A stretch of DNA of 64,000 nucleotides from an uncultured delta proteobacterium. Its GTDB lineage: Bacteria > Desulfobacterota > Binatia > UBA9968. A program made the position numbers and the translations under genes. A model generated the notes under the pieces. That model had not been told where the DNA came from. It worked only from the letters and a program-made list of their open reading frames with translations, and ran no database searches. This document shows positions 32,182 through 42,178 of the stretch, piece by piece. Position 1 is the first letter of the stretch. Each line of letters starts with the position of its first letter. The stretch lies in contig CAWJZV010000004.1 of the NCBI GenBank assembly GCA_963847445.1, positions 192,001 to 256,000 on the forward strand, given 5' to 3'.

Positions 32182-32916
32182 TCAGCCGATCGGCGCCAGC
32201 TCGGTCAATTTCGGCAAAAGTTCGTCGAATCCATGAATCACGGCCTTGGGCCGCGCCGCCTTGAGGGTTTCCTCGTCGTTATAAGAATGCTTGGTCGATA
32301 ATGCGATGGGCATCACTTCGAGAAATGTCTCGCCTACTTTACAGCCATGGGCGTTATTGGCGGCTTTGATATAGTTCGCCGTGCCGCTAAGTAAGACGAT
32401 ACGTATGTGCGGCACTTTTTGTTTGCGGTAGAGGTAATAGAATCCCTGCTCCTTGGCATAATAGGTCTGTTCACGGTCGACGATCTCTTCGAAATAATCG
32501 CCGATGCCGACCTTCTCCATCGCCTGATGCTTATAGCGCCGTCCGCCGGTGGTCATCAGCACATTGCGCAGGCCGGCGGCTTTGGTTTCCTTCAAGGACT
32601 GCTCAATGCCCGGCTGAAACTCCGGCGGGTTGACATCGTAGCCATGCTTGCGCGCGATCTCCAACGCCGCGCGGCGGATTTCCACCCGCTTGGCTTCGTT
32701 GAACGGCAGATTGCGGTCGTTGGCATACTCCGCGGCAAAAATAAGCGGGATCAAAAACAGATCGAACGGGCCGTCGGCGATTTTGCGCAGCTCAGCGAAA
32801 CTCAGCGGTGGCAAGTTATAGCGCGGCAAGAGTTCGTTGGCGATCACGTGGACCCGCTGAATATCGGTCTCCACGGTATCTGACATCGTGCGCACGAGAA
32901 AAGTTACGCTATCCAT
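32182..32916 (-). CDS. HAD-like hypothetical protein with degenerate motif I
   Basis: PGIEQSLKE...GIGDYFEEIV and ARPKAVI resemble the HAD core; no DxD. Confidence 0.5.
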   Translation of the reverse strand: MDSVTFLVRTMSDTVETDIQRVHVIANELLPRYNLPPLSFAELRKIADGPFDLFLIPLIFAAEYANDRNLPFNEAKRVEIRRAALEIARKHGYDVNPPEFQPGIEQSLKETKAAGLRNVLMTTGGRRYKHQAMEKVGIGDYFEEIVDREQTYYAKEQGFYYLYRKQKVPHIRIVLLSGTANYIKAANNAHGCKVGETFLEVMPIALSTKHSYNDEETLKAARPKAVIHGFDELLPKLTELAPIG

Positions 32917-32982
32917 CGCTCTGCCCTCCCTGGAACGCATACTATTGAAGCCCGCCGGTGGTGGCAAGGGTTCTTTTTATTA

Positions 32983-33064
32983 CAAATTCCAGATTCCATA
33001 TTTCAAATATCTCGGACTGCTCCGTGATCGAGAGTATGTAATTTGGAATCTGGAATTTGGAATG
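32983..33064. repeat. Inverted heptamer repeats (AAATTCC)n...(TGGAATT)n
   Basis: AAATTCCAGATTCCATATTTCAAAT ... ATTTGGAATCTGGAATTTGGAAT. Confidence 0.75.
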
Positions 33065-33065
33065 G

Positions 33066-33350
33066 CTAGTCGCCAGGAGTAGCCTCGAAAGGCAGCCGAT
33101 GGCTGCGCTCGGTATTACACGGCTTGCAGCTCGGCACAACATTTCCTTTAGTCGACTTGCCGCCGCGCACCACCGGCACGAGATGATCCATGGTCAGCTC
33201 CGCCGGCGCGAACTTGCCAGCACAATGGTGGCAAACTCCGCTCGCCAGCTTGCGCTTCCACCACTGGCTCTGGCGCAACTCCCGCGCCTTTTGCCGCTCG
33301 CGGCGCATCTCCGCCGCGGAAACTTCGACTAGAAAGGGAGTAGGTTCCAT
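33066..33350 (-). CDS. Small HNH endonuclease
   Basis: CHHC...TMDHLVP..RGG....NVVPSCKPCN motif. Confidence 0.88.
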   Translation of the reverse strand: MEPTPFLVEVSAAEMRRERQKARELRQSQWWKRKLASGVCHHCAGKFAPAELTMDHLVPVVRGGKSTKGNVVPSCKPCNTERSHRLPFEATPGD

Positions 33351-33363
33351 CGCCAAGATTTTT

Positions 33364-33552
33364 CTAGCGGTACCACCGCTTGAGATTCTTTAGATAGACG
33401 GCGAATCCGCCGGCGACAATCAGATACAACCCGCTGCGCCACGCGGCCGAGGAGTCGCCGGCGGCGTAGTTGCGGTATTCCCAGCCGCTGAAGAAAATAA
33501 AGAAGATCACGGCGCTGGTAATCAATATCTTGTGGGCAGTGATGAGTTTCAT
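33364..33552 (-). CDS. Small two-TM hypothetical protein
   Basis: [11 protein letters not shown] with two hydrophobic segments; directly upstream of the HNH gene. Confidence 0.55.
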   Translation of the reverse strand: MKLITAHKILITSAVIFFIFFSGWEYRNYAAGDSSAAWRSGLYLIVAGGFAVYLKNLKRWYR

Positions 33553-33665
33553 CGTGTCTTTCCAGTCAAGCACAGCCGCACCGGGAAGTTCAAGCGAGCA
33601 GGCCAACGATCGTTGCACCGGTTGGGGTTCATGTTATAGCTCGTCAAAGTCGCGCGACAAGGAGA

Positions 33666-34052
33666 ATGACAATGATCCGAGAAACCGTCAACACCGACAA
33701 AGCGCCCAAGGCCATCGGCCCCTACGCACAAGCGATCAAAGCGGGTGAGTTCATTTACACCGCCGGGCAAATTCCCATCGATCCGCAAACCGGCAATCTA
33801 ATCGCGGGTGGCATCGCCGAACAAACGCGCCAAGTCTTGGAAAATCTCAAAGCGGTGCTGGAAGCCGCCGGCTCATCCCTCGACAAGGTGGTCAAAGCGA
33901 CCGTGTTCTTGAAAAACATGGCCGACTTCGCGGCGCTCAACGAAGTCTACGGCGAATACCTCGGCAAGGCGAAGCCAGCGCGCTCGACGGTCGCCGTCGC
34001 CGAGTTGCCGCGCGGCGCGTTGGTGGAGATCGATTTCGTCGCCATGGTTTGA
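33666..34052 (+). CDS. ridA: RidA family reactive intermediate/imine deaminase
   Basis: [21 protein letters not shown] and LPRGALVEI motifs. Confidence 0.92.
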   Translation: MTMIRETVNTDKAPKAIGPYAQAIKAGEFIYTAGQIPIDPQTGNLIAGGIAEQTRQVLENLKAVLEAAGSSLDKVVKATVFLKNMADFAALNEVYGEYLGKAKPARSTVAVAELPRGALVEIDFVAMV

Positions 34053-34120
34053 TTGATGACTCTAGGCAGGCTGAACCACCAAAGCCATTCCACGGGCCTT
34101 GAAAACCCAAGCGGTCCTGG

Positions 34121-34158
34121 AAAAAAACGGGGAGTCTAACCAACTCCCCGTTCTTTAT
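34121..34158. terminator. Probable bidirectional intrinsic terminator
   Basis: A-tract, AACGGGGAGT/ACTCCCCGTT stem, then T-rich tail, between convergent ridA and hicA. Confidence 0.7.
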
Positions 34159-34289
34159 TGTGCTGTGCGTTTCATTCCACTCTCGTTCGCGTCATGTGCA
34201 CCATTCGTTTCACAAAACGTTGGGCGCTTTTGAGACCGAGGTGTTCACATGAAAAGTAACGGTGCCGGGTGAGCTCGTAGACCGTGAAA

Positions 34290-34484
34290 CTAAAACTGCT
34301 TCCCTAGGCCGGCCTGCTTCATGATGGCGTTGGCCGTGTGGCGTGAAAGGATCTTATTATCGACGGTGACGTGACGCTTGGTAATGGGGCTGAACCAAAT
34401 CTCATGGTCGCCCTTGCCAGGTCTTACCCAGTAGCAACCGTTGGCTTTAAGGATTTTCTTAACGTCGGGGGAAAAGTCGCCCAT
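34290..34484 (-). CDS. hicA: HicA family toxin
   Basis: 64 aa; GKGDHEIW and SRHTANAIMKQAGL motifs. Confidence 0.85.
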   Translation of the reverse strand: MGDFSPDVKKILKANGCYWVRPGKGDHEIWFSPITKRHVTVDNKILSRHTANAIMKQAGLGKQF

Positions 34485-34723
34485 CAGTCCCGAATCGAAA
34501 TCATCGCCTCGCGGTGGGCGATCAAGTTCATAGGGATACTACGAACTTCCGAAGCTGTTCCGCCGCTGGCCTCGAGCAGATCGGGGACCATGACGGCCAG
34601 CTTTTGCTGAAGGGATTCAACGGTTTCGGCCTCGGTTACCAGGCCCGGCAGGTCGTCGCTTGTGGCAACCCATACGTTGGCTTCCGGGTCCCACTCAGCC
34701 CTGATTTCAATGCTGGTAATCAC
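34484..34723 (-). CDS. HicB-like (DUF1902) antitoxin
   Basis: AEWDPEANVWVATSDDLPGLVTEAET; its stop overlaps the hicA start (TGATG). Confidence 0.82.
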   Translation of the reverse strand: MITSIEIRAEWDPEANVWVATSDDLPGLVTEAETVESLQQKLAVMVPDLLEASGGTASEVRSIPMNLIAHREAMISIRD

Positions 34724-34829
34724 ATCAAAAAGCCTATTCGATCGGGTCAAACGTGTCAACTGATCGTATTGAATCAACTAAAATGCAACTTTGGGAGGGG
34801 ATGTTGACTCATAACGAATGTAACCCAGC

Positions 34830-35190
34830 GCGTCGAGCCGTAAGAGCCGACGCCGATGGTTTTGCCTTTCACTTCCTTAACGGCCTTGATATTCGCTCGG
34901 CTCACCAACGACAGCGGCGTGCGGTCGAGGGAGCAGGCGATCATCTGGACCCGCGCGCCTTTCAAGTTGGCGATGATTGTCGAGCCGATCAAGGTTGAAT
35001 AGTCGACATCGGCGCTCACCAGCGCCATGGTGGCGACATTGGAATTCATGCGGATGATTTCCGCATCGATCCCCTCTTGTTTAAGAAGCCGCGGGTCTGG
35101 GCGACGCCGACGGTGAGATTGGAAATATTGTAATTGGACACGCCGATCCGGACTTTGTCGGCAGCGTCAAGATCAGCCGCGAATATCATG
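34830..35190 (-). pseudogene. Truncated NMT1-like solute-binding protein (N-terminal third)
   Basis: ADKVRIGVSN...RGF, ALVSADVDY and KGKTIGVGSYGS, then similarity is lost. Confidence 0.7.
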
Positions 35191-35275
35191 GCGCACAGTA
35201 TTAAAAAAAATTCCTCAGCCGCATCGAAAGCCTCCGCTGGGGTAGCGATACAATTTGATTTCAACGCATTGTCAG

Positions 35276-35337
35276 TGTAGGGGCGGACCCCCGTGTCTGC
35301 CCTCTGGGACGGGCGACCACAGGGGGTCGCCCCTACA
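35276..35337. repeat. GTAG-type REP doublet
   Basis: GTAGGGGCGGACCCCCGTGTCTGCCC ... GGGCGACCACAGGGGGTCGCCCCTAC. Confidence 0.8.
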
Positions 35338-35448
35338 TTGGTGTTGCTTGACAGCCGCGGCACCAGCCGATATTTGAGCTTAGCATTGATGAGGTTTTGC
35401 ACGCCTATGGTTGTCGAAAGCAAAGCCCCATTTGGCTAGAGTGACTTC

Positions 35449-36867
35449 ATGGCCTACAACGATCTGCAAGAATATTTGACGCGCTTGGAAGCAGCCGGCA
35501 AGCTCCACTGGGTCGAGCAGCGCGTCGACCCATCCTGGGAAGTGTCGGCGATCACGCGCCACAGCTTCGACCGCTACGGCTGGAACGATCGACCGGCGCT
35601 GGGCTTTCGCCAAGTCGGCGTCAGCGAATTTCCCCTGGTGATCGGCGTGATCGGCGGCTCGCCGGAAATCTATGCGCTGGCGCTGTCGACGACTATAGAC
35701 AAAATTCCCGAAGTCTGGGAACGCGGACAGCGTCATCCGATCGATCCGGTGATCGCGCCAACTGGACTGTGCAAGGAAATCATTCTGCCCAGCTCAGGGA
35801 TTGACCTCGGCAGCCTGCCCCAGGTGGTCTGGACGCCGAACCAGGATCCCGGACCGTATATCACCGCGCCGGTGATCATCACCAAAGATGCCGAGACCGG
35901 CAGGCGCAACGTCGGCACCTACCGGCTGCAGTTGAAAGGCGCCAACCGGCTCGGCTTGTACGTCGGCGGCGCGCAGCACGCCGCGCGACATATTCGCCAG
36001 TACGAAGCGCTCAAAAAGGACATGCCGATCGCCATCGCCATCGGCATGGACCCGACCATCGTGCTCACCTCCATCAGCAAATTTCCCTACGGCACCGATG
36101 AGTTTTCCGTTGCCGGCGGCCTGCGCGGCGAGCCGGTGCCGCTGGTGCAGTGCGAAACCGTCGATCTCCAAGTGCCGGCCAATGCCGAGATCGTGCTCGA
36201 AGGCGTGCTGCGCGCCGGCTATCGCGAACCGGAAGGCCCCTTCGGTGAATTCTCCGGTTACATGAGTCCCGGCGGTCAACAGCCGGTGATCGACATCACC
36301 TGCATCACCCGAAGACGCACGCCGGTTTATCATTCGTTTCTAAGTCAAATGCCGCCCAGCGAATCGAGCTGCATCCGCAGCCTGAGCCGTTCCGCTGGAT
36401 TATTTCACCACCTGCGCAACGTGCTCGGCCTGCCGGTGCAAGACGTCCACTTCACCGAAGCCGGCGGCGCCAGCGGCATGCTGGTGATCTCGATGAAAAA
36501 GGAATATCCCGAACAGGTCAAAGAAGTCGCCTGGGGCGCCTGGTCGCTAATGAACAAGGAAGGCAAATTCACCGTGGTGGTCGACGATGACATCGACGTG
36601 CGCAATCCATTTCAAGTCGAATGGGCCATGGGTTTTCGCGCCCAACCGGCGCGCGATAGTTTCATAGTCGACGGTGTGGTCACCTCCGGGGTCGATCCGT
36701 CCACCGCCGCAGCGGACATTCCGCAACATGACCCGCGCCGGCGCGCCGGCAGCAAAATCCTCATCGACGCCACCCGCAAACACCCCTACCCGCCCGCCGC
36801 CCGGGTGCCGAAAGAATTCATCGACAAAGCGAAACAGAAATGGTCCGAGTATGGCTTCAGCAAATAA
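35449..36867 (+). CDS. UbiD family decarboxylase
   Basis: DPGPYIT, NVGTYR, EIVLEG, EGPFGEF, VVVDDDIDV and KILIDAT motifs. Confidence 0.92.
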   Translation: MAYNDLQEYLTRLEAAGKLHWVEQRVDPSWEVSAITRHSFDRYGWNDRPALGFRQVGVSEFPLVIGVIGGSPEIYALALSTTIDKIPEVWERGQRHPIDPVIAPTGLCKEIILPSSGIDLGSLPQVVWTPNQDPGPYITAPVIITKDAETGRRNVGTYRLQLKGANRLGLYVGGAQHAARHIRQYEALKKDMPIAIAIGMDPTIVLTSISKFPYGTDEFSVAGGLRGEPVPLVQCETVDLQVPANAEIVLEGVLRAGYREPEGPFGEFSGYMSPGGQQPVIDITCITRRRTPVYHSFLSQMPPSESSCIRSLSRSAGLFHHLRNVLGLPVQDVHFTEAGGASGMLVISMKKEYPEQVKEVAWGAWSLMNKEGKFTVVVDDDIDVRNPFQVEWAMGFRAQPARDSFIVDGVVTSGVDPSTAAADIPQHDPRRRAGSKILIDATRKHPYPPAARVPKEFIDKAKQKWSEYGFSK

Positions 36868-36879
36868 AAGTAAGATTCT

Positions 36880-37222
36880 CTTCACCACGAAGTGTCCATG
36901 AGCTTACACTCGCCTACAGAGCATGAAAATGGTTGGCATTCCCAGAACATGATCCCCCTCAATTCGTCATACCCGCGCACGCGGGTATCCAGGCTAATTT
37001 GGCGCAGAACAAACCTGGATTCCCGCGTGCGCGGGAATGACGGAGCCCCGCAGGCTCTTTGTTGTGCATATCAGGATTGACTCTCGCCAAGGCGCAAAGC
37101 TCGCCAAGTTCGGAGGGAAGAGATGAATTAACTTGAAGAATTTATTCACCGTTATTTTCCGACCTTTGCGGCCTTGGCGTCTTCGCGAGAGATATTCCGA
37201 GATTCGGTTACGGCTGTGCCGT
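36880..37222. repeat. Cluster of palindromic repeat families
   Basis: CACCACGAAG; GTCATACCCGCGCACGCGGGTATCCAG...CTGGATTCCCGCGTGCGCGGGAATGAC; CTCTCGCCAAGGCGCAAAG...CTTTGCGGCCTTGGCGTCTTCGCGAGAG. Confidence 0.75.
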
Positions 37223-37313
37223 GGGACCAACGCAAACTGAACGTGGCAACATCTCCACACACAGGCATGAAGGAGCCACAATCAATCCGCTTAGAAACAT
37301 TGGAGGAAAGAAA

Positions 37314-37766
37314 ATGAAACTGACTCTCGATAAAGCCAACGTCATCGCCGATCAGACCCTAGCGAAGGCGCGCGATGCGAAATACCGTCCCATGTGCGTC
37401 GCCGTCCTGGACGAAGGCGGCTGCTTGAAAGTGCTCAAGCGCGAAGACGCCGCCAGCATCCTGCGCCCCGACATCGCCATCGGCAAAGCCTGGGGCGCCG
37501 TCGGCATGGGCGAATCGAGCCGCTCCCTGGCGAGAGATAGCCGCTCCCTGAGCGAGCGGCTCAAGGAACGGCCGGCCTTTCTCGGCGCCTTGTCGGTGAT
37601 GTCCCAAGGCAAAGTCGTGCCGGTGGCCGGCGGCGTGCTGATCATGGACGGCGCTGACGGCAACGAAATAATCGGCGCGGTCGGCGTCAGCGGCGGCACT
37701 GCCGACGAGGACGAAGCCTGCGCCATCGCGGGCATCAAGGCCGCAGGCTTTGTCGCCAAATCCTAG
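37314..37766 (+). CDS. GlcG/HbpS family heme-binding protein
   Basis: VAVLDEGG, IAIGKAW, GGVLI and IGAVGVSGG...DEACA motifs. Confidence 0.88.
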   Translation: MKLTLDKANVIADQTLAKARDAKYRPMCVAVLDEGGCLKVLKREDAASILRPDIAIGKAWGAVGMGESSRSLARDSRSLSERLKERPAFLGALSVMSQGKVVPVAGGVLIMDGADGNEIIGAVGVSGGTADEDEACAIAGIKAAGFVAKS

Positions 37767-37795
37767 CGCGGCACAGTGTCAACCGGAACTCGGAA

Positions 37796-37920
37796 TTTCT
37801 CCCGCAAAGGCGCAAAGGCCGCAAAGGTCGGAGAATGAGGGTGAAGAACATTCGAGTAGGAGTGATTTTTCTCCGGCGAACTTGGCGGTGCGCTCGACTG
37901 CGGACATCTGCGCGAGACAT
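37796..37920. repeat. CGCAAAG-family inverted repeat
   Basis: TCTCCCGCAAAGGCGCAAAGGCCGCAAAG ... degenerate CTTGGCG...TGCGCGAGA. Confidence 0.55.
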
Positions 37921-38130
37921 TTCCCAATCCGAGACTCTGTAATCTCCGGGGCATTTGCAAAAACCGGCATCGAAGGCGAAGCGGTTAAACAACGCCACCT
38001 CGCACGCACGGGGAAATTGGGCCGGTCGCCCAATGAAATCGGCTGGCGGATTCGTTCCGAACGGCGCACCTCTCCCGCCGCAACGCTCGGTGCCAAGATT
38101 GCGCCGACAAACTTAAGCAGCGGCTGCCGC

Positions 38131-38616
38131 CTACGCCGCGAACTTGCTGCGATCGCCAACCAACCGTGCCACCTGCGGCTGTACCAACCGTGCGAAGTCT
38201 GTGTATTTTAATCGCACGGTCTGGACATGATTGCCGGCGTTAAAATAAATATACTCGTCCTTGGTCAAAGCCGGATCGACATACACTTTCAGGCCAAACA
38301 GATTACCGAACGGCGGCATCGCGCCGATCTCGCATTCGGGGAAACGTGCGATGAACTCGTCTTCAGTCGCCAACCTGGCGTTCCGTGCGGCGAGGCTATC
38401 CTCGACGATGTGTAGGTTGACCTTGTCGTTGCCTCGAACCACCGCCATCACCAGCTGCTCATCGGCTTCGATCATGACGACCTTGGCCAGCTCATTGCCT
38501 GAGACATGTTGCCGAGCGGCAACCTCCTGGGCCGTGTACGCCAGCGCATGCGTGTAAACCTCATAGGGGATCTTCGCCTCATCGAGTTTCTCTTTGAGTC
38601 TTTTTAGAATGGGCAT
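38131..38616 (-). CDS. YbaK/EbsC family aminoacyl-tRNA deacylase
   Basis: AYTAQEVA, LAKVV, CEIGAMPPFG and FNAGNH motifs. Confidence 0.88.
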   Translation of the reverse strand: MPILKRLKEKLDEAKIPYEVYTHALAYTAQEVAARQHVSGNELAKVVMIEADEQLVMAVVRGNDKVNLHIVEDSLAARNARLATEDEFIARFPECEIGAMPPFGNLFGLKVYVDPALTKDEYIYFNAGNHVQTVRLKYTDFARLVQPQVARLVGDRSKFAA

Positions 38617-38676
38617 GACCGGCTCCTTTCTCAAACACATTTTGTCATCGATGTTACAGACGCAATTCAAACATGC

Positions 38677-38691
38677 GCAAGAATCATGCCC
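38677..38691 (-). promoter_or_regulatory. sigma54 -24/-12 motif upstream of the ybaK-like gene
   Basis: GGGCATGATTCTTGC (GG-N10-GC). Confidence 0.6.
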
Positions 38692-38899
38692 GCTAGTGAC
38701 AATTTTCTCAGCGAATGACTACTTGAAATCATATAGAATCGAGCTCACTTTGGGCGCTACGGGGGCGTCGAGGTTTATCACGACTGACAAGCACGCAGCG
38801 ACAAATTCGCAGCACTGAGAAGGGCGCGCCAGGACCGTCGACGGGTCAAGAAATTCTCCAGATAAATCAATTCATTTATAGGCGCTAAAAAAAACCCAG

Positions 38900-38914
38900 T
38901 GGCATATCTCTTGC
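38900..38914 (+). promoter_or_regulatory. sigma54 -24/-12 motif upstream of hpf-CSD
   Basis: TGGCATATCTCTTGC. Confidence 0.7.
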
Positions 38915-38977
38915 CGTTTTTTGATTCAGGGTTAACAATAGATTGCGTGTAGGAACAACAACCGGAGGAAAAGAAAT

Positions 38978-39601
38978 ATGAAAATTCCCTTGCAGATCAC
39001 CTTTCGTGACATGGCACCGTCGCCAGCCATCGAAGATAATATCCGCGAGAAAGCAGCCAAGCTCGACGAGCTGCATGACGGGATCATGGGCTGCCGGGTG
39101 ACCGTCGAAGCGCCCCATCGCCATCACCACAAAGGCAAAGCTTACGTGGTGCGGATCGATTTAACCGTTCCCGGCGGCGAACTGGTTATTAATCGAGAAC
39201 CAAAACGTATAGTGCCGAAAAAAGCCAAGGCCGGCGACGAACCGGATAATGACTTCGCCGAATCACATGAACCGAGCAAACACGCGGCCCACGAAGACAT
39301 CTATGTCGCCATCCGCGACGCCTTCAACGCTGCTGGCCGAAAGCTTCAGGATCATGCGCGGCGCCGGCGCGGCAAGGTAAAAGTCCATGAACCGCAGCCG
39401 GTCGCTCGGATCGCCAGCCTGTTGCCGATGGAAGATCATGGATTTCTCCTAACGCCCGACGGACGCGAAGTGTATTTTCACAGGAACAGTGTGCTCGCGC
39501 CGGGATTCGATCGTCTAGAAATTGGCCACGAAGTTTATTTTGCCGAGGAACTCGGCGACAAAGGGCCGCAGGCTAGCACCGTGCGGTTGGCGGGTAGATG
39601 A
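38978..39601 (+). CDS. HPF/RaiA ribosome hibernation factor fused to a cold-shock domain
   Basis: MKIPLQITFR, HEDIYVAIRDAF and GFL.TPDGREVYFHRNSV...GPQASTV motifs. Confidence 0.88.
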   Translation: MKIPLQITFRDMAPSPAIEDNIREKAAKLDELHDGIMGCRVTVEAPHRHHHKGKAYVVRIDLTVPGGELVINREPKRIVPKKAKAGDEPDNDFAESHEPSKHAAHEDIYVAIRDAFNAAGRKLQDHARRRRGKVKVHEPQPVARIASLLPMEDHGFLLTPDGREVYFHRNSVLAPGFDRLEIGHEVYFAEELGDKGPQASTVRLAGR

Positions 39602-39624
39602 TTCCATAACGGCTGGAGTTATTC

Positions 39625-40479
39625 ATGTTCGAAGAAGTCATCGTCTGCCTCGACGGCTCATCCCTGGCGGAAACCATTCTGCCCCTGGCGCGCGCCGTGA
39701 CCGCACCAACCGGCGGCAAGCTAACCCTCCTGCGAGTCGTCGGCGATGAAGCTGAGCTCGCCGCCGAGGAATCTTATTTGCGCGACTGCGCGCGCCAGTA
39801 CGCCGCGCGAGCTGAGCTTCGCCATCTCGGCGGACCCGGCCGGCGCCATTGCCACTGAGCTGAAAAATAATCCCCATGCAATCGCGGCAATCACCACACA
39901 TGGCCGGACCGCCTGGGCCGAAGCGATTTTAGGTGGCGTGGCGTTCCAGGTGATTCGCGCAATCCCACCGGCCGGTGCTGGTCTACCGTCCGATAGACAA
40001 AGACTGGCGATGCACCGAAGCAGATCGACACCGTCGTTATCGCCCTCGATGGCAACGCCCTCTCGGAAAAGATCATCACCTACGCCGTCCCAGCGGCTCG
40101 GTCGTTGACAGCGAGGCTGCTTTTAGTTCAAGTTCTGCCGGTGCAGTCACCGGCAGCGCTGCTGCCGGACCAGGGGAAAAACGACATCAGCGAGTCGGCG
40201 TATGTTCATAGCAAAGCAGCGGAGATCAAAAAACAGTATGGCTTGGACGCTCAGTGGGACGTGCTCCATGGCGATCCGGCAGAGGCGATCTGCCGCTACG
40301 TCAGGGGCACGCCCAATACGTTGCTGGCGATGACCACCCACGCACTCCCTGGCATCGAGCGCGCCATCCTCGGCAGCGTCGCCGCCGCTTGCGTGCGCCG
40401 CGCCGCCACTCCCCTGCTGCTCTACTGGCCGAACGACGATAGAGAATTGGATGACCGCGAGATCAGAGACTTGAGATAG
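39625..40479 (+). CDS. Universal stress protein (tandem USP domains), frameshifted
   Basis: VCLDGSSLAE, TTHGR, IALDG..LSE, GDPAEAI and LGSVA motifs. Confidence 0.8.
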
Positions 40480-40507
40480 CGTTAGGTCGCTCATCTCTGT
40501 CTCTGTC

Positions 40508-41888
40508 TCAATACTCTTTCAATCCCTTGACCAGTGCCGTCAGCGTCTGGTTGGCGTCGCCAAAGAGCATCATGGTATTGGCTCGGGAGAATAATTCGTT
40601 GTCGATCTTAGCGAAGCCGGGGGCCATGCCGCGTTTGAGCACGATGACCGTGCGCGCCGATTCGGCATCGAGTACCGGCATGCCGTAGATCGCACTATTG
40701 GGGTCATGCTTGGCTGCCGGGTTGACTACGTCATTGGCACCGACGACCAGGGCGACATCGGTGGTGGCGAATTCATTGTTGATCGCGTCGATGTCGTAGA
40801 GCCGGTCATAGGGCACGTTGGCCTCGGCGAGCAGCACATTCATATGGCCGGGCATCCGGCCGGCCACGGGATGAATTGCGTATTTAACCGTGAGACCGCG
40901 CTGCTCCAATAATTCACCCAACTCACGCAAGGCATGCTGACAGCGCGCCGCCGCCATGCCGTAACCGGGAACGACGATCACCGATCTGGCGCTGGTGAGG
41001 ACAATCAACGCATCACCGATGGTGGCGCCGAGCGTAGTCTGACGCGCCGCCGCACCGGCTTGGCCGCCGCCGCTTTCCCGTCCGAAACCACCAAAGATAA
41101 TATTGCCAAACGACCGATTCATCGCCTTGCTCATGGCCAGCGAAAGGAAAAAGCCCGACGCACCGTCGAGGGCGCCGCAGACGATCAAAACACTGTTAGA
41201 CAAAGCGAATCCGGTGGCCACCGCGGCCAGGCCGGCGTAGGAATTCAACAGCGAGATCACCACCGGCATATCGGCGCCGCCGATAGGCAGCACCAGCAAA
41301 ACCCCCAACACGAAAGCGCCACCCGGCCATGCCGTAAAATACTTGCCGAGCGGCGGGGTGCACCGTCAGGTAGGCGATGGCCGCGAGCGCGCCCGCCAGC
41401 AGCGCGATATTCAGGCCGTTCTGAAAGCGGTGCGTCAAGGGCCGTTCGGCGACGGCACCTTGGAGTTTGCCGAAGGCGATCAGGCTACCGGTAAAGGTTA
41501 TCGCGCCGAGCAACACCTCAAAACCGAGGGCGGCAATCTTCGCCGCGCCAAGCTCCGCCGCCATGGCGCGCATACTCGGCGATCCCCACCAAAGCCGCGG
41601 CCAGACCGCCAAAGGAGTGGGACAGCGCGATCCGCTCCGGCATCTTGGCCATCGGAATAAATAACGCCATGGCGATGCCAACGGCCGAGCCGATGGCGAC
41701 GCCGGCGATAATCCAATCGTAACGAACCAGCTGGTTGCCGAGTAAAGTACCGGCGACGGCGATCGCCATCGCCAAGCCGGCGAGCCACACGCCGCGCCGG
41801 GCGGTTTCCGGCGCGCGCAATTGATGCAGGCCAAAGACAAATAGCAGCGCGGCGACGAGATAAGCGGTTCCGCCAATGGCGTCGTCAC
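40508..41888 (-). CDS. pntB: NAD(P) transhydrogenase beta subunit, frameshifted
   Basis: HSFGGLAA, IGGADMPVVISLLNSY, VPGYGMA, IHPVAGRMPGHMNVLLAEA and GANDVVNPAA motifs. Confidence 0.92.
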
Positions 41889-42178
41889 GATCGCGGCTCA
41901 CCATGTTTTTTGAACATTTTGAGCATGCGGTCGGTGATCAAGAAACCGCCGACGACATTGACCGTCGCGCAGGTAACGGCAACCAGACCCATCACAGAGC
42001 TGGATAGATCGTAATCGCCACCGGCGAGTACCAGCGATCCGACCAGAGAGATGCCAGAAATCGCGTTGGTCACCGACATCAGCGGCGTATGCAAGAACGG
42101 CGGCACGCCGGAGATCACCAGATAGCCGACAAAGGCGGCGAAGAAAAAAATGTAGAGCCAGAAAATCCACTCCGCCAC
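41885..42178 (-). CDS. pntA: NAD(P) transhydrogenase alpha subunit, part 2
   Basis: LHTPLMSVTNAISG and NVVGGFLITDRMLKMF motifs. Confidence 0.93.
   Translation of the reverse strand: MAEWIFWLYIFFFAAFVGYLVISGVPPFLHTPLMSVTNAISGISLVGSLVLAGGDYDLSSSVMGLVAVTCATVNVVGGFLITDRMLKMFKKHGEPRS

Noticed and set aside
33066-33350. HNH protein as the mobiliser of nearby repeats
   Set aside because: It is a small stand-alone HNH in an apparent housekeeping operon, with a repeat on one side only.
34055-34290. Possible tRNA-Sec or other ncRNA (TTCAA within a short stem on the minus strand)
   Set aside because: No acceptor stem, T-loop or CCA could be built; only the terminator hairpin is supported.
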